Source: the human T2T-CHM13v2.0 reference genome, Homo sapiens. From it: 64,000 nt of DNA. Positions 45,393 through 58,666 of the stretch are shown here, piece after piece. The stretch is from assembly GCF_009914755.1 (NCBI RefSeq), contig NC_060932.1; one strand, written 5' to 3'. Under the pieces are notes generated by a model. It searched no databases, had not been told where the DNA came from, and saw only the letters and a list, made by a program, of their open reading frames with translations. The position numbers and the translations under genes were made by a program. Position 1 is the stretch's first letter. Each line of letters starts with the position of its first letter.

Positions 45393-45741
45393 TGTCAAAA
45401 GACAGCATTATAACAAGTTTAGTTTAAAGATCTTAATTGGCTTTTGTTCATGATTCTAGAATCAGGTAGTCCTCAGGACCAGAACAGGTTCAAAGAACTG
45501 TGGCCGGAAGCATGGTCAGGCAGCATCCAGGGCAGAGACCAGAAGTGCGGTGTGGGGCCTGATGGGCTCCAGCTTTGCTTGAACTCACTGGCCATGGTGG
45601 ATGCCTCAAGCTCAGCCCTCCTGCACATGAGGACAAAGCTCAGTTTCACTTAGCATGAATGGTTCCATATTGGTTTGGTCTGTTGGACCCAGTACAGGAG
45701 CTGAGTCCAACTCAACAGCCTGATAAAAAGGTCATTTAACA
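45393..45741 (-). mobile_element. ERV1-class solo LTR (MER93/MER31-like, family uncertain)
   Basis: tgtcaaaa…tttaaca termini with a 4-bp TSD caac (45389-45392, 45742-45745). Confidence 0.65.
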
Positions 45742-47654
45742 CAACACAGAAGAAATAGGGGGGACTGGGTATTTATCTCAAAGGGTGTCTCATTCAACTC
45801 AACTGAGAAGTCTTGGACTTGCTTTATTGCATCTTTGTTACCCAGAAGGTAGAAAATGACAGAGGACCAAAGAGGAAGATAAGATTGGTGACGTGTGCAT
45901 GTCAGGGACCACAAGGGCATTTGAGGTCATGCAGCCCCGGCAGGCCCCTCCCCAGTCTCCCTGCTAATTTCACAAGAGCCCCATCCTCCCCTCAGCACCT
46001 CTGCTTCCCTCGCTCCTCTTTGCTTCACCCCCAGGTCCAGGACTGTCCCCAGCTTGCACTGAGCTTGAGGCTGGCCTCAGGGAGGAGGATGCTTGGGGTG
46101 TTCACACTAACCTCCCCCAGTCACAAGCAGCCCCTTAAGCCACTTCAGGCATTAGGATCCCACTATGTCGTGGAAGCTGGCCAAGACAAACCTCAGTGGC
46201 CCCTTTGCCCCTCTCTTCAAACATCCAGCCTCCCTGGGACACTGGCCACAGGCAGACCCCCGGGGCACTGCAGAGGCTAGTCTGCTTTTCCTATCACTCT
46301 GGGCAGTTTGATTTCTGTGTGTCCCACTTTCCTAGACTGCAGAGTGGGTCTGATCTTTGCCTGACAACTTTCAAAGTTATTTCTTTTCTGAGTTTTATTT
46401 TTTGGAGGCCTCTGTCCCTGGACATTGCTGATAGGAGGATGGAAAACGGAAGGAAGAGAGCCTATGGAGCAGATCACCCACCCTGCACACGCTCCTGCCC
46501 CAGCTGGCTGCTGACCCCACTCCACCGGGTTTTACTTGGCTTTCCCGCATGGCCTTTGCCAGAACAGCTGCAGCTCAGCGACTTATTGGGCATCAGTGCC
46601 CTCACTAATAACCCTCCTGATTCCTTCTCCCAGTGTAGCCTCAGGGGAGCTGTGCTCTTCCGAGTTGAATTTGCAGTGGTGTGCCATCCTCTTGAGTCAT
46701 AGGCAGCTCTTGCTCTGTACTCAGCACCTAGAACCAAGTTCAGACCTAAATTCAAGCCCAAGTGCTGCCCCTTCTGAGCTCTGTGAATGTGTAATATGAA
46801 ATGTCCCTGGCCTTCAGTTTCTTCATTATTTGAGTATGTATGAGACAAATGTGTAAAATGTTTGCTAAGGGCCATGGATACAATATGAAATTAATAAATT
46901 AATTTGTTTAGTCAGTGAAACGTGCGGGCCACTTGCTTTATTCCAGGGACAATGTCAGCTGCCACAGATGCAGCGGAAGCAGGAGAGGCACAGTTCCTGG
47001 CATGGCTTCATTGCGTGGGAAGGGGCGAGGGCAATCACTAAGTGCACAGGCAGGCACAGCACAGTCCTCAAATCCAGGGGAGGAACCAGGGAGCTGTGGC
47101 CCTGAGAAGTAAGGCTGAGAGCAGATCTTGTTCAAAAGAAGCCCATCCCAAGGGCGTGTCATTCAAGATATGCCCCAAAGGCTGAGAAGGAAGCAACCTC
47201 GGCAAAGTGCAGAAAAAGAGCATTGCAGGTGAGACCCTGGTGGGAGAGCTGTGGGTTGAGGAGGAGAAGGCAGGTAGGGCGGCCACTGTGGAGAGGCAGA
47301 GAGAGGCGGTGAAGCTAGGCCAGGCAGGTCCTTGTAGACCAGGAGAGTCCTAAGCATAAGGGAAGCAGAGAGTAGGGCAAGCTGGAAGCCAGTGCTCAGC
47401 AGGCTGCGCAGGGCTCAGGACAGGAAGGGAAGGCAGGCATTGGGTCCTTCTGCCAGGGTGCATGCAAGACACAAGGAGGCTTGAATCTGACTGGTGGCAA
47501 AATGGGCGAAGACCCTGAGTAGTTTCAGGACATATTTTAATTATAAACAACAGGACTTCATGATAGAGCTCAAGAGAGAGAAGCATAGGTGGCTTCCAGA
47601 CTGCAAACTTGAGCAATAGGTAGTTACGGGTATAATTTATCTTAAATGGGGAAG

Positions 47655-47982
47655 ACTTGGGGGAGGGCAAGGTGTGGGGGGAAGGGTGCATTGTGGGGTT
47701 GTGAGGTGAAGGGGTGCATCGTGGCAAGGGGGGGCATTGTGGTGGTGGAGGGTGCAGTGTGTTGGGGAATGCATTATGATGGGTGGGGTGTGCTGTGGGG
47801 AGGGAGAGTACATTTTGGTGGGAGGAGAGTGCAGTGTGTTGGAGAAAGTTGCACTGTGGTGTGTAGGGGGCGCTTTGTGGGGTGGGGTGTACATTGTTGG
47901 GGAGGGTACATTATGCGGGGAGGGTGCAGTGTTGTGTGGGAGAAACAGGTTTTTGGGGGAGGGTGCGGTGTGATGGGGGTGT
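47655..47982 (+). repeat. G-rich degenerate tandem repeat (gggtgcattgtg-like unit)
   Basis: More than 12 variants of gggtgca(t/g)tgtg separated by G runs. Confidence 0.75.
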
Positions 47983-48787
47983 CTTTGGACCTGGGCCAGC
48001 AGAGTGTGGAGCCCAGCTGGAGGGAAGAGCTGGGGATACAAAAGTAGAGGCCACAGCTGGGAGGGTCTGCAAAGCCTGAGGAGGAAGGAAGCAGGCAGCC
48101 ATCCAGGAGGAAGGTGCGAGAAGGGAAAGTGTGGCCAGGACTGCCTTGGGGGAACTCAGGCCTGCTGAGGTCTGCAGGGAAAGATGTGTCAACCACAAAG
48201 ACTAAGAAGCAGCAAAGCAGCCGGGAAGCCAGCGGGGCCAGGGTGTGGGTCCCTGAGCCCAGGATGGAAGATTCTGGGAGGAGCCTTGGCTGTGGCTGAG
48301 ACCCCTAGATCCAGGGCTGAAATGTGAGGGATGCCTGCATGGGCACAGAGGAGGTGGTCGCCTGCCCAGAGCAGCCTGGGCCGAGGACTAAACCAGGTGG
48401 CGAGGGAAGGCAGCCCCAGGGCTGATTTGGAAAGCCTTTCTATGAAGGGGAGAGGAAGACAGGACAATCAAAAAGAGATGCAAAATCCAGTGGAACTTTT
48501 GTTTTAGCAGGTGTGGCTGCAGCAAGTCTGCACAGGGGGTGCCCAAGCGAGGGCTGAAATCAGCCTTAGAGAGGAATGAGCCCCCCCACACCCCAACACC
48601 AGGCAAGGTTGTTGGGAGGCTGGGGAAGATGCTAGTGTGTCTGGATTTCCTGATGGGAGCTGGGGCTCTTCCTCTGACAGTTTGTGCGTCTCCAGAGAAA
48701 TGTAGCCTGTCCACCGCACATACGTCCAACACCACCTCCACTGTCACCACTAGCTGGGTGCAAGACTGACTTAGGCCTCAGTGATTC

Positions 48788-49529
48788 TGAAACCACCACT
48801 GCAAAATTAGAACTGAGACAGTGAAAGACATCTGACCCAACCAATTCCATCTTGCTTCTAACCTCCAAGCGGTCCTTGTTCATTCCTGGGCGTAAGCTGA
48901 ACTAACTTTGGGAGGAACTTAGTTTATTGTTTATAGTTTGAAACAAAGATGAAAACAGCCCTTTCCCAAAACAAACCCCCTTCTTTCCTGAGGAGTAAAC
49001 TGCCTTTGTAGGACTAACACATTAGCCAAAAGATTAGAAATTATGGTTTAGTAGTCATGCAGCTGGGGACTGCAAGATTCTAAAACTCCCCAGATTGCTC
49101 CTGGGGATCACATCACTGTTGTAAAACGTAAGATCAGTGCTTGAGATATTTTGCAGACCTTGTGCTGGATGGATCAGCTGGCACCACCCAGATGGATAAA
49201 CGGGCTCACTGGGTCATGGTCTTGGGTCATTGGTCAGTTCCCCCTCCCAGGAACTGACCCAGCACAACAGGACAACTTAAACTCCCTAGGATTTCCTCTC
49301 CTGACCAATCAGAAATCCTGATTCACTGGCACCCCCCCGCCCACCCGCCAAATTATCCTTAAAAACTCTGATCCCCGAAGTCTCGGGGAGACTGATTTGA
49401 GTAATAATAAAACTCCAGTCTCCTGCACAGCTGGCTCTGTGTGAATTACCCTTTCTCTTTTGCCATTCCCCTGTCTTAATAAATGGCTCTGTCTAAGAGG
49501 CGAGCAAGGTGAACCCACTGACGGTTACA
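48788..49529 (+). mobile_element. LTR8-family (ERV1) solo LTR
   Basis: tgaaaccaccactgcaaaattagaactgagacagtgaaag…gcaaggtgaacccactgacggttaca, with a 4-bp TSD attc (48784-48787, 49530-49533). Confidence 0.9.
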
Positions 49530-49559
49530 ATTCTAGGGCTTTTGCCCTCAGCAATTCAG

Positions 49560-50300
49560 TACCGGCTCCTCAATGTATTCCAGGCCAGATGCAGGAAGCC
49601 GCGAGGCGGGATTCCCAGGGAGAAGCCAGGAGCCTGAAGCGGGCGTGCGGCGCTGCGGGGCCAGCAGGGGGCGCGCCAGGCGCGGGGAGCAGGAGGCCGG
49701 GGCGGTGGTTTCCGACTCTGCCAGCCGCGGTTGGAGTTCGTCCCATGAGACTGGTAGTGGCTTCCTGTTGTCTAGAGGTGGGCCTGATCGTCACCCAGCC
49801 CCACCCCAGGAATAGCAACGAAATCAAAAAGTGCCATAAACTGCTGGGCTGTGGCCGAGGGTGAACCCCGGCCCAGGGAGAGCACGGCAGGGAAGTCATA
49901 GGAAAACACAGCCGGCCCTGCCCGGGTGGACCCTGCCCCGCCAGCTGCCGGCCCAGGGGGCCCTCGCCTTGCAAGGAGCCAGCAGGCTGGCGGGAGAGGC
50001 GGGTTCACGACCCTGGGGGGGGTCATCCCCAGGTCGGAAGGTACTGGCAGAGCGGGGGTACCAGGACCTCCAGGCAGGAGACGGCCCTGGACCACCCAGG
50101 CCAGCGCAGAGCCCTGGCGCTGATCCTTCAGAGCCAGGATGGAGCCGGGATGGGAGGAGATCGGGGGACGCTGCGCCACAGGCTTTGAGACGAGGAATAA
50201 GCCAGGACCCGAAGAGTAGAGGAAGGCAGGAAGCCAGGCTGCCCCAGAGCCTCTGCAGGAACCAGCCCTGCGCGCGCCTGGATTTTAGACCCTTCAGACG
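49560..50300. promoter_or_regulatory. CpG-island-like GC-rich patch
   Basis: Locally dense CpGs (gcgggcgtgcggcgctgcgg, gcgcgccaggcgcgg, gggcgg) in an otherwise CpG-depleted window. Confidence 0.7.
49659..49674 (+). promoter_or_regulatory. CTCF motif
   Basis: ggccagcagggggcgc matches the CTCF core CCASYAGRKGGCRS exactly. Confidence 0.7.
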
Positions 50301-50390
50301 CTGACCTCCAGAGCTGTAGGATAATACATGCGTGCTGCTTCAGCCATTCAGCGTGTGGTCATTGTTATGGTAGCCGTAGAGAGCTGATAT
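50215..50390 (+). mobile_element. MLT1-type MaLR LTR 3' fragment
   Basis: ggaaccagccctgc…tgacctccagagctgtaggataata…gtgtggtcattgttatggtagcc. Confidence 0.6.
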
Positions 50391-50890
50391 GGCCAGATGC
50401 GGCGGTATGGAGGAAGGAGCACTGCCATGTCAGATACATCTAGTTTCAATCATGCAGTGAAAGAAGCGTGGGAACCCAGGGCCTGGCGAGTGGCTTTTAA
50501 GTGTTTTCGTGTGCGTGAAATTGCCTAGACGCAGATTAAAGTTTGCCCTCGTTTTCTTGCCCGCAGGAACTGCACAGAGTGCACATTGGAAACCATGGTG
50601 ATTTGATACACGCTGCCACGTCCACTCTGTGACTTCCTCCCCACCAGATTCACAGCAGCGGGACCTAAGGTGGGCTCCAGCCACTGCTGCACCAGGGGCC
50701 ATCACTGCCTCCCAGGCTGTGGCTGTGCCCCTGCTCCTGGAGCTCACCCAGCCACAGCCTCCACCCCCAGGGAACCTTCTGGAGTTTGCGCTGGCCCTGG
50801 GTTCCTTCCCACAGGAGAGAGGAAGCCCGGCTGGACCCACGTGGCTTACTGTGAAATCAGCCAGTATGGCCTGCGGTGGGGAGAAGATCA

Positions 50891-51536
<646 letters not shown>

Positions 51537-53599
51537 TCAGCTGACACCAAGGACTCTGCAGGCCCACCCATGGCCAGCTATGCTCCTGCCTTGCCCTGCC
51601 TGAATCCAGGTCCCTTCCTTTGCCCTGCTGCCATCCTAGCAGGAGACAGAGAGAGGCCTCCTACTCAGAGTGGGGTGTTTGTGAAGGTGAAGGCAAACTT
51701 TATTTGAGATTTATTAACCTTGGTTGAGCAACTTCCAAAGGCTCTGCCACTGTGACCTAGGCATAGAGCAAGAGGAAATCCAGGATCCAAAGGGCCTTCC
51801 TTGGGAAACAGCCATCCAGTGGGAAGCCAGTGCCAGCCTGTCCTTTTCTCCTGCAGCTGCCTCTGGGCTCTGAAGGTCTGATGTAGAAATGGGGGAGCTG
51901 GCGCTGCACTGGGGAAAGTTTCTCTGGAAGTTTTTTTCTTTTCATTTTCCTAGAGGGGATTTCTTACTGGCAAAAATCTGGAGAATGGATAAGTAGTTGC
52001 CCACAGGTCATTGAGGGAGGAGAGAGCCAGGATCATGGCTACATAGACTCGGGAGGGCCTGGTGGGGTATTTGTCTCTTCCCTGGTGCCACCGGAGACAG
52101 TAAGTGCTAGGCCTTGCCACCAGGGCACCAGGACAAGCTGGGGCAGGGCCAGGGACAGAGGCCAACAACCCTGGGGCCGTGGGGCCTCCTGCAGGCTGAA
52201 GAGGGTGCTGAGAGACCAGCCCTCCCAGCAGTGCAGGCCCCTTTGCAAGGAGCAGCTCATGCATTCTGCCCAGTCTGATGACTTTCCACCAGTCCTGACA
52301 TGGCCAAGGTTTTCCTCGCTCGGTGACAAGGGAGGGATGCGGGATGTAGAAAACCCAAGATATCAGCCTTTCCGGTTCCAGCCCTGCCCGGGAAACATCA
52401 AAGGCATTGAACATTCCACACTGAGCTGTTTAGGGGGCACCACAAGGCGCTTAGATAAGAGGGGTCCTTGAGTATCTGGCTCCTCCATGCCACCCTCCCT
52501 GCCCTACATAGCCCCACTCTCCATACAGGCCACATGTTTCTGTCCTGTTTTGATGGGGCAGTAGCATGCCTTCACCTTGTCCAGTATGGCTTCATTCTTG
52601 ACCCCCATGACCACTCCCGATGGCCTCACACTCCTCTACCCCTCACCAGCAGGGATGGGTGGGAACAGCCCCTCCAAGGACCCATCCCACCCGAGAGCCC
52701 ACTCCTGTGGCTGCCACACTCATCCCAGGCCTGGAGAGGGTTTCTGCTCATCAGGACATCCTGTCCTTCAGGGCTTGGGATGCCAGCCCATGCACAGGAG
52801 GCTGTGACCTCAGGGAGGGAGCTCTGTTTCCTCTCAGGGCTGGGCAGTTACAGGGGAGGGGAGGAGGGGAGAGGCACAGGGGGCCAGGCAGGCTGCCAGA
52901 GAAGCCCAGAGGGCAGCACCTTCACTGGCCCTTCAAAAATCCATGCGCTGACCCCCAGGCTCCTGCTCCAGACCTTTTAAATTAGATCTCCAGGGAAAGG
53001 AGGAGAAAGGGTCAGAAGTTCTCATCTCAGTGCACACAGCCTGTGTTGCTTATCCTCAGAGGGCCCTGGAAAGGAGAATGAGCTGCGGAGTTGTCTGGGT
53101 GAAGGGGACTGGAGGCCAGGGGCTCCCCTGGAGAAGGACAGGTCAGGGCTCAGGGGAAGGAGGAACAGGCTGGGTGGGGCAAAAATTGGTGTCACCCCTC
53201 CTCTCCCATGGGCTTGCTTTGGGACACGTGCTCCCAGGGCAGCACAGTCTGTCTGCAGTCAGACCCAGGAGAATCAGACGATGCCTGGCAGATGACACAT
53301 TGCCAGCAGACACTCGGAAGATGGCTGAGTGATAAATGAATGGACAGGGCACCGAGGAAGCTGTGCCCCTGCTGCCCATCACAAGGTCCTGCAGTGCCCT
53401 GCCCTCCTGCCCCACACTGTGCTAGGTGTTCATGCCAGCCCCTCACCCACCAAGTCACTCCTGTCTCTTGCCGATGTCCCAGAGGATGTGGGGTGAGACC
53501 CACCATCCACATGTGCCATGCACTGGCTCTGCTGAAATAAAGAAGATCCCTCTGGGTTAGGGAGGGCAGGTGAGAGGCCCTGGGGTCTGCACAGGTGGT

Positions 53600-53800
53600 G
53601 TCGGCTCAGGTTCCGCTTCTGCCTGCCAGCTGTGTGTCATGGGCAGATCAGCTCATTCTTCTAAAGCTCAATTTCCACTTCCACAGAACGCAGGCAACAG
53701 CAGCCCTTCATGGGGCTCTTGTGAGTCCTGTTATTTATCACACATGGAGTGTCTCCTAGAATTCTCTGGCACACAGTAGGAGCTTAATAACTGTTACTAC
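53600..53800 (+). mobile_element. MIR
   Basis: cagctgtgtgtcatgggcag…ctcaatttcc…ctggcacacagtaggagcttaataa. Confidence 0.55.
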
Positions 53801-56800
53801 CGTCATTCACAGATCCCAAAAGAATCCTTGATTGCTCTTTTATTCTGTTCCCAAATATGCTTACCTGCCTCTGTGCAGAGACCTTTGGGGATGGGGAAGG
53901 CGGTGAAGGGGGAGCACGTGGGCTCTGCCCCACCAAGCTCTTAGACACACCTGTTCCTATGCTGGGCTGCTGAGCCATGGATGGTCGCCTGGCCAGGGAG
54001 GTGCCCATCAGCACATCATGACTGACTGGAATGGAGCTGGGACAGACCTAAGGATGCAGCATTCTACAGATGAGAGCTGAGGCTCAGAGGAGTGAGGTGG
54101 CTTCAGCCACTCCAGCACAGCCATGCCTGTCCCCGGGTAGGCTCTGCTGTAAGCCATCCCTCCCCACTCCAACCCTGTTAGCTGGATTCCATTGTTCTCT
54201 CTGTTTTCTGGATAAGGAAACAGACTCAGGGTCACATGAAAATGAAATCCAGCTCTTCCCAACTCAAAAGCCAGCTGTGACTTCCTGTTGGCTGGGAACT
54301 GGCCCAAAGGCAGCCTGTGTGCCCTGTCCTCGAAGTGTCACTCAACCTTTCCTGTAAAAAATAGAACAACAGCACAGAAGCACTCCCATAAACTCACTGC
54401 CAGTGGGAAGAAAGCTTCAGAATGCAGAAAAGCTACCCAGCCTCCATGCCAGATGAATCTGAGAATCAGGAAAACTGGGGTCAAAAACCACTTAACGGGA
54501 GCCCAACTCCCAAGGAGCTCTTAGGAGACAAGGAGGAGTCAAGCCTTGGATTCCAGGCATTATCTGATTCCTTCCAAGCACGATCCCCAGACCCCAGATG
54601 CCAGGCCACCCACAGAGCCCTGACGTCCTCCTGTGGACACCCTCCCAGGGAGATGCCCATACTCCCCCAGGGATAAAGTCGCTTGGATACCACAGATGCT
54701 GCGGCCACACGGTGATGCTGGAGACTGGATGGAACTATAAAACATCAAGTTGCCTTTGAGAAGCTCTAGGGTCTGCAGCCCCAGCACCTGCACCTAGGTA
54801 GGATTTTTTCACCCCAAGCTTTTCTCTGTCTTGCATCCTTGCCGCCTTTCTGCCTATCTTCTCCATCTTCCTGGGAGCGGTGTTTGGCCTGCTCGCCCAT
54901 CCACCTCAATGCACATGCCAGTCTCGGTTACTTGCCAACACCATGCAAGCTGCGGAGACACATAGAAGATGCACAACGTTTGCTCCCTGTCTACAGGGAG
55001 ATGGCAGTCTCAGAGACGAAGCCAGACAAATGCCTCTGTCGTTTAAATCAATCATGTCCAACTACAATTGAGGACAAAGTAAGAGGACTGGTGATCTAAT
55101 AACAGGAATTTAGAGAAGTGGGAACTCACCGAGTGGTCGGAGCCATCCTCCTGTGTTCAGGCTTGATGCATGAGTAAGATTGTACTATGTGGAATGGAGA
55201 GGAAGGGTGTGCTCGGCAAGAGGAACAGCAAGTGCAGAGGCTCAGAGGTTAAAGAGAGGAAACCAGAATGAGGAGTGAGGGCCAGAGTTGGGGCCAGAGA
55301 GAAATGCAGCTAGACTCTTATGGTAGTGGTGTGCTTAGCTGTGGTCTGTGCAGGATAGTTTCCGAATAGAGCAGGGAGACATGAATGCCCTGAGATCAAG
55401 GGCAGTGGGAAAGTGCCTTGTGGGGAGCCTGGTGTCTGCAGGCAGGCAGAGCAGGGACCAGGAATGGCTGATGGCTGGAATCGCTAAGCCGCATAGGATG
55501 GACTATTATAAGTTCAGCACCTGGACACTGGCCACTTCAGATCTGTCTATACTCAGTTGTAATCCAGGCCTTTACCATTGTCCTCCATATTTCCACCCAG
55601 CTTTCTTTTCCATTTATTGGAGAGCCAGGCCACCTGGGTTCTGGTGCTGCTGGATTCAGGCCCTGCCCTCAGGCTCATGGCAAGCAGGTAGACAAAGAGA
55701 AAAGTAGACAAAAAAGATGGGGAGAAACCACTAAGCCAATACCATACCCACATAAACTCCAAACTCACATGTCTTTTAACATGGCACTGGGTGCTCCTGC
55801 AGTGGAAATCCACACGTGTTGTGGTTACAGCATCTTGTCTCTGAAAAAACTTCACAACCACCATTGTGCTTTGCCCCGCATGGCCCTGCTCAGGGGTAAC
55901 TGTCCATCTTCCCTAAAGGAGGAGAGGCTGCCTGATGTTCAGGGAGCCCAGAGGTCTTGGCCAAAGCCACAGCAATGCCTGTGGATATAGGCCCACAGAG
56001 CAGCCCTACTCAAACTAGGCCCTGGCCCATCAGAATGCTCTGCCCTACAAGCCCTGCCATCCCACCACCCACCCCTCTGCTGGGCCTTGTTGGGCTGCCA
56101 TGGGAATGTGACTGGCCAGCTCTCAGTGCCCTGAAACCCATGAGGTAGACCATCGGGCCAGCCCAGCTGTTCTTGGATCCTTCCTGATGCATGCCAACAT
56201 CTGGGGCCACTTGGGTCCCAAGGAGAATTGTTGAGCACCAGGGCAAGAAGCATAAGGACTCACACCATCCCTCCCAGGTTCCATCACCCATCACTTCACC
56301 TGGGCTTGCATGAGCAGCCCCATCAGGCATGAGAAGCACATAGCATGTCCTGCCCATGGGGAGGCCTCCCAGGGGAAACAGGCCAGGCTGGGGGGCCATG
56401 GGGCTTTACAAACATCTCAAAGGCAGCAAAAGGAGGACTTTTCCTCAGCCAATAGCACCCCAGGATTTGAGCCGAAAGTAGGATTCAAGACACATGACTC
56501 CTTGCTAGAGGGATGCCATTTTTAGGGTGAAAGTTTCCCCCAGTGAAAAAACTATGCCAGGAGGCCAGCTCAGGTCAGCATCTCCAGTGCCAAACTCAAA
56601 CAGATAGTTGATGTCTGGTGATAAATAGTGAAAACTTCAAGGAAAGGAAAGGCCGGGCCCATGCTTTGGACATTTATGTTCACACATCAGGAACTTTTTG
56701 CCAAGTGCATAACCATTCAGAGGTACAAAAAATTAACAAGAGCCACAGAAAAGAGGGGTATTCTATAATATTGCATAATACATGGTGGACTTGTTAATCA

Positions 56801-56998
56801 CTGTATCACATAGGCCAGTGCTTTATGCACAGACTTGCTACAGTGCTCTCTTTTCATTTACCCCAGGGTTTATCTCTACACTAAGTCTCTCCGGGAAGTT
56901 TAGATGCACAGCTTCTGAATCTCTTCATACCAGAAATCCTCCCAGCATCCCAAACCTTTTGTCGGCAGTTCCTGCCATTGGAGGAATTATTGCAAATG

Positions 56999-57345
56999 GT
57001 GCATTAGTTATCTATTGCTGTGTGACACATTTCCACAAACATACCAGCTTTAAATTCCTTGCAGTCATCATCTCGCAGTTTCTGGAGGGGCAGAAATCTG
57101 GGCTCACCTGGGTTCTTTTCCTTAGGAGGTCTCATGAGCCTTCAGCCAAGATGTTGACCAGAGTTGAAGGTCTCATCTCAAAATGTGACTCGGGAGAGAT
57201 CCACTTCCAAGCTCATGTTGTCTTTGGAGGATTGGCATTTCGTGGGCTGTTGAATTGGCCACAAGTCCTGCCCACACTTAGGGGAAGAGGTGACATGAAG
57301 ACCTGGATGCCAGGGGGTGGCATCACCAGCGGCCAGCAGGCTGGC
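56999..57345 (-). mobile_element. Old MLT1-type LTR
   Basis: tgcattagttatctattgctgtgtgaca…ctcgcagtttctggagggg…gatccacttccaagctca. Confidence 0.6.
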
Positions 57346-57718
57346 TGCAGTAGGTGGCCTCTAGATTGCCCCAGCAGCCCCTGCTTGCTGGTATTCACAG
57401 CCTAGTGCAATTCCCTCTTCTTGAGTAACTCGCTGTGATGTTAGGATCTCTCAGGGTCAAGGGGATGCCACTTCTGTGACAGATGTGATTGAATAACATG
57501 AGATTGTAACATCCTTATTGACAGCAGACACTCACCCTTGCCAGCTTGTATGACGCTAGCTGCTACACCATGAGCTGTCCGTGTGGCCAGGAACTGAGGG
57601 TGTCCTGCAGCCACAGCCATCAGGAAATCAAGGGGCTCAGCATAATAACCCACAGAGAACCGAGTCCTGCCAATATCACAGGAGGGAGGAACAGCCCTGT
57701 CCCAGCCAAGATCTCAGG

Positions 57719-58666
57719 TAGGGATTAGCCAGGGTTCTCCAGAGAAAGAAAATTGATAGCGTATATATGTGGATATATGAAAGGGGATTTATTATGGAAA
57801 TTGTGATTACAGAGGCTGAGGAGTCAGCCCCATAACCTGTCCTCTGCAAGCTGGAGACCCAGGAAAGCCCATGGTGTAGGTCAATCAGCATCCAGTGGCC
57901 TGAGAACCAGGAGCCCCTATGTTGGAGGGCAGGAGTAGATGCGTGCCTTAGCTCAGCAGATCCCCTCTTCCCCAGCCTTCTGTTCTGTTATGTTCAGGAT
58001 GCCAGCCCACATCAGTGAGGACAATTCTTTTTTACTCAGTGTGATGGTTAATTTTGTGCGCCAGCTTGACTGGGTTAAGAAATACCTAGAGCACCGATAA
58101 AGCATTATTCCTGGGTGTGGGTAAGGCTGAGTGGGGAAGATGCCCTGGATGTGGGTAGGCACTGTCCAATCAGCTGGAGAGAATCCTAAAGAAAAAGGCA
58201 GAGGAAAGGTGATTATCCCGCTCTCTCTCCTGGAGTTAGGACACACTTCTGCCCTTGGTCATCAGAACTCCAAGCTCTCTGGCCTGTGGACTCCAGGACT
58301 CACACCAGAACCATCCCCCAGCCCCCACCACCCCACTGGATTCCCAGACATTGAGCCTGGGACTGAGAGTTACATATGGGCTTCCCTGGGTCTCCAACTT
58401 GCACACGGCTTATTGTGGGACTTTGCAGGCTTCATAATCATGTGATCCAGTTCCCCTAATAAGTCTCTTCTCACATATCTCTGTCTGTAGCTAGATATTG
58501 ATATCCTACTGGTTTTTTTCTGGAGAACCCCAGCAAAAACACCATCCATTGATTCAATTGCTAATCTCTTCCAGAAACACCTTCACAGACTCACCCAAAA
58601 ATGCTTTACTAGCTATCTGGGTGTCCCTTAATCCAGTCAAGTTGACACATAAAATTATCCATTGCA
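57719..58666 (-). mobile_element. MLT2 (ERVL) LTR, reverse orientation, itself interrupted
   Basis: attagccagggttctccagagaaa… at the start and …ccagtcaagttgacacataaaattatccat at the end. Confidence 0.7.
58040..58541 (+). mobile_element. MLT2 (ERVL) LTR, forward orientation, innermost of the nest
   Basis: tgtgatggttaattttgtgcgccagcttgactggg…tctggagaacccc…aaca. Confidence 0.75.
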
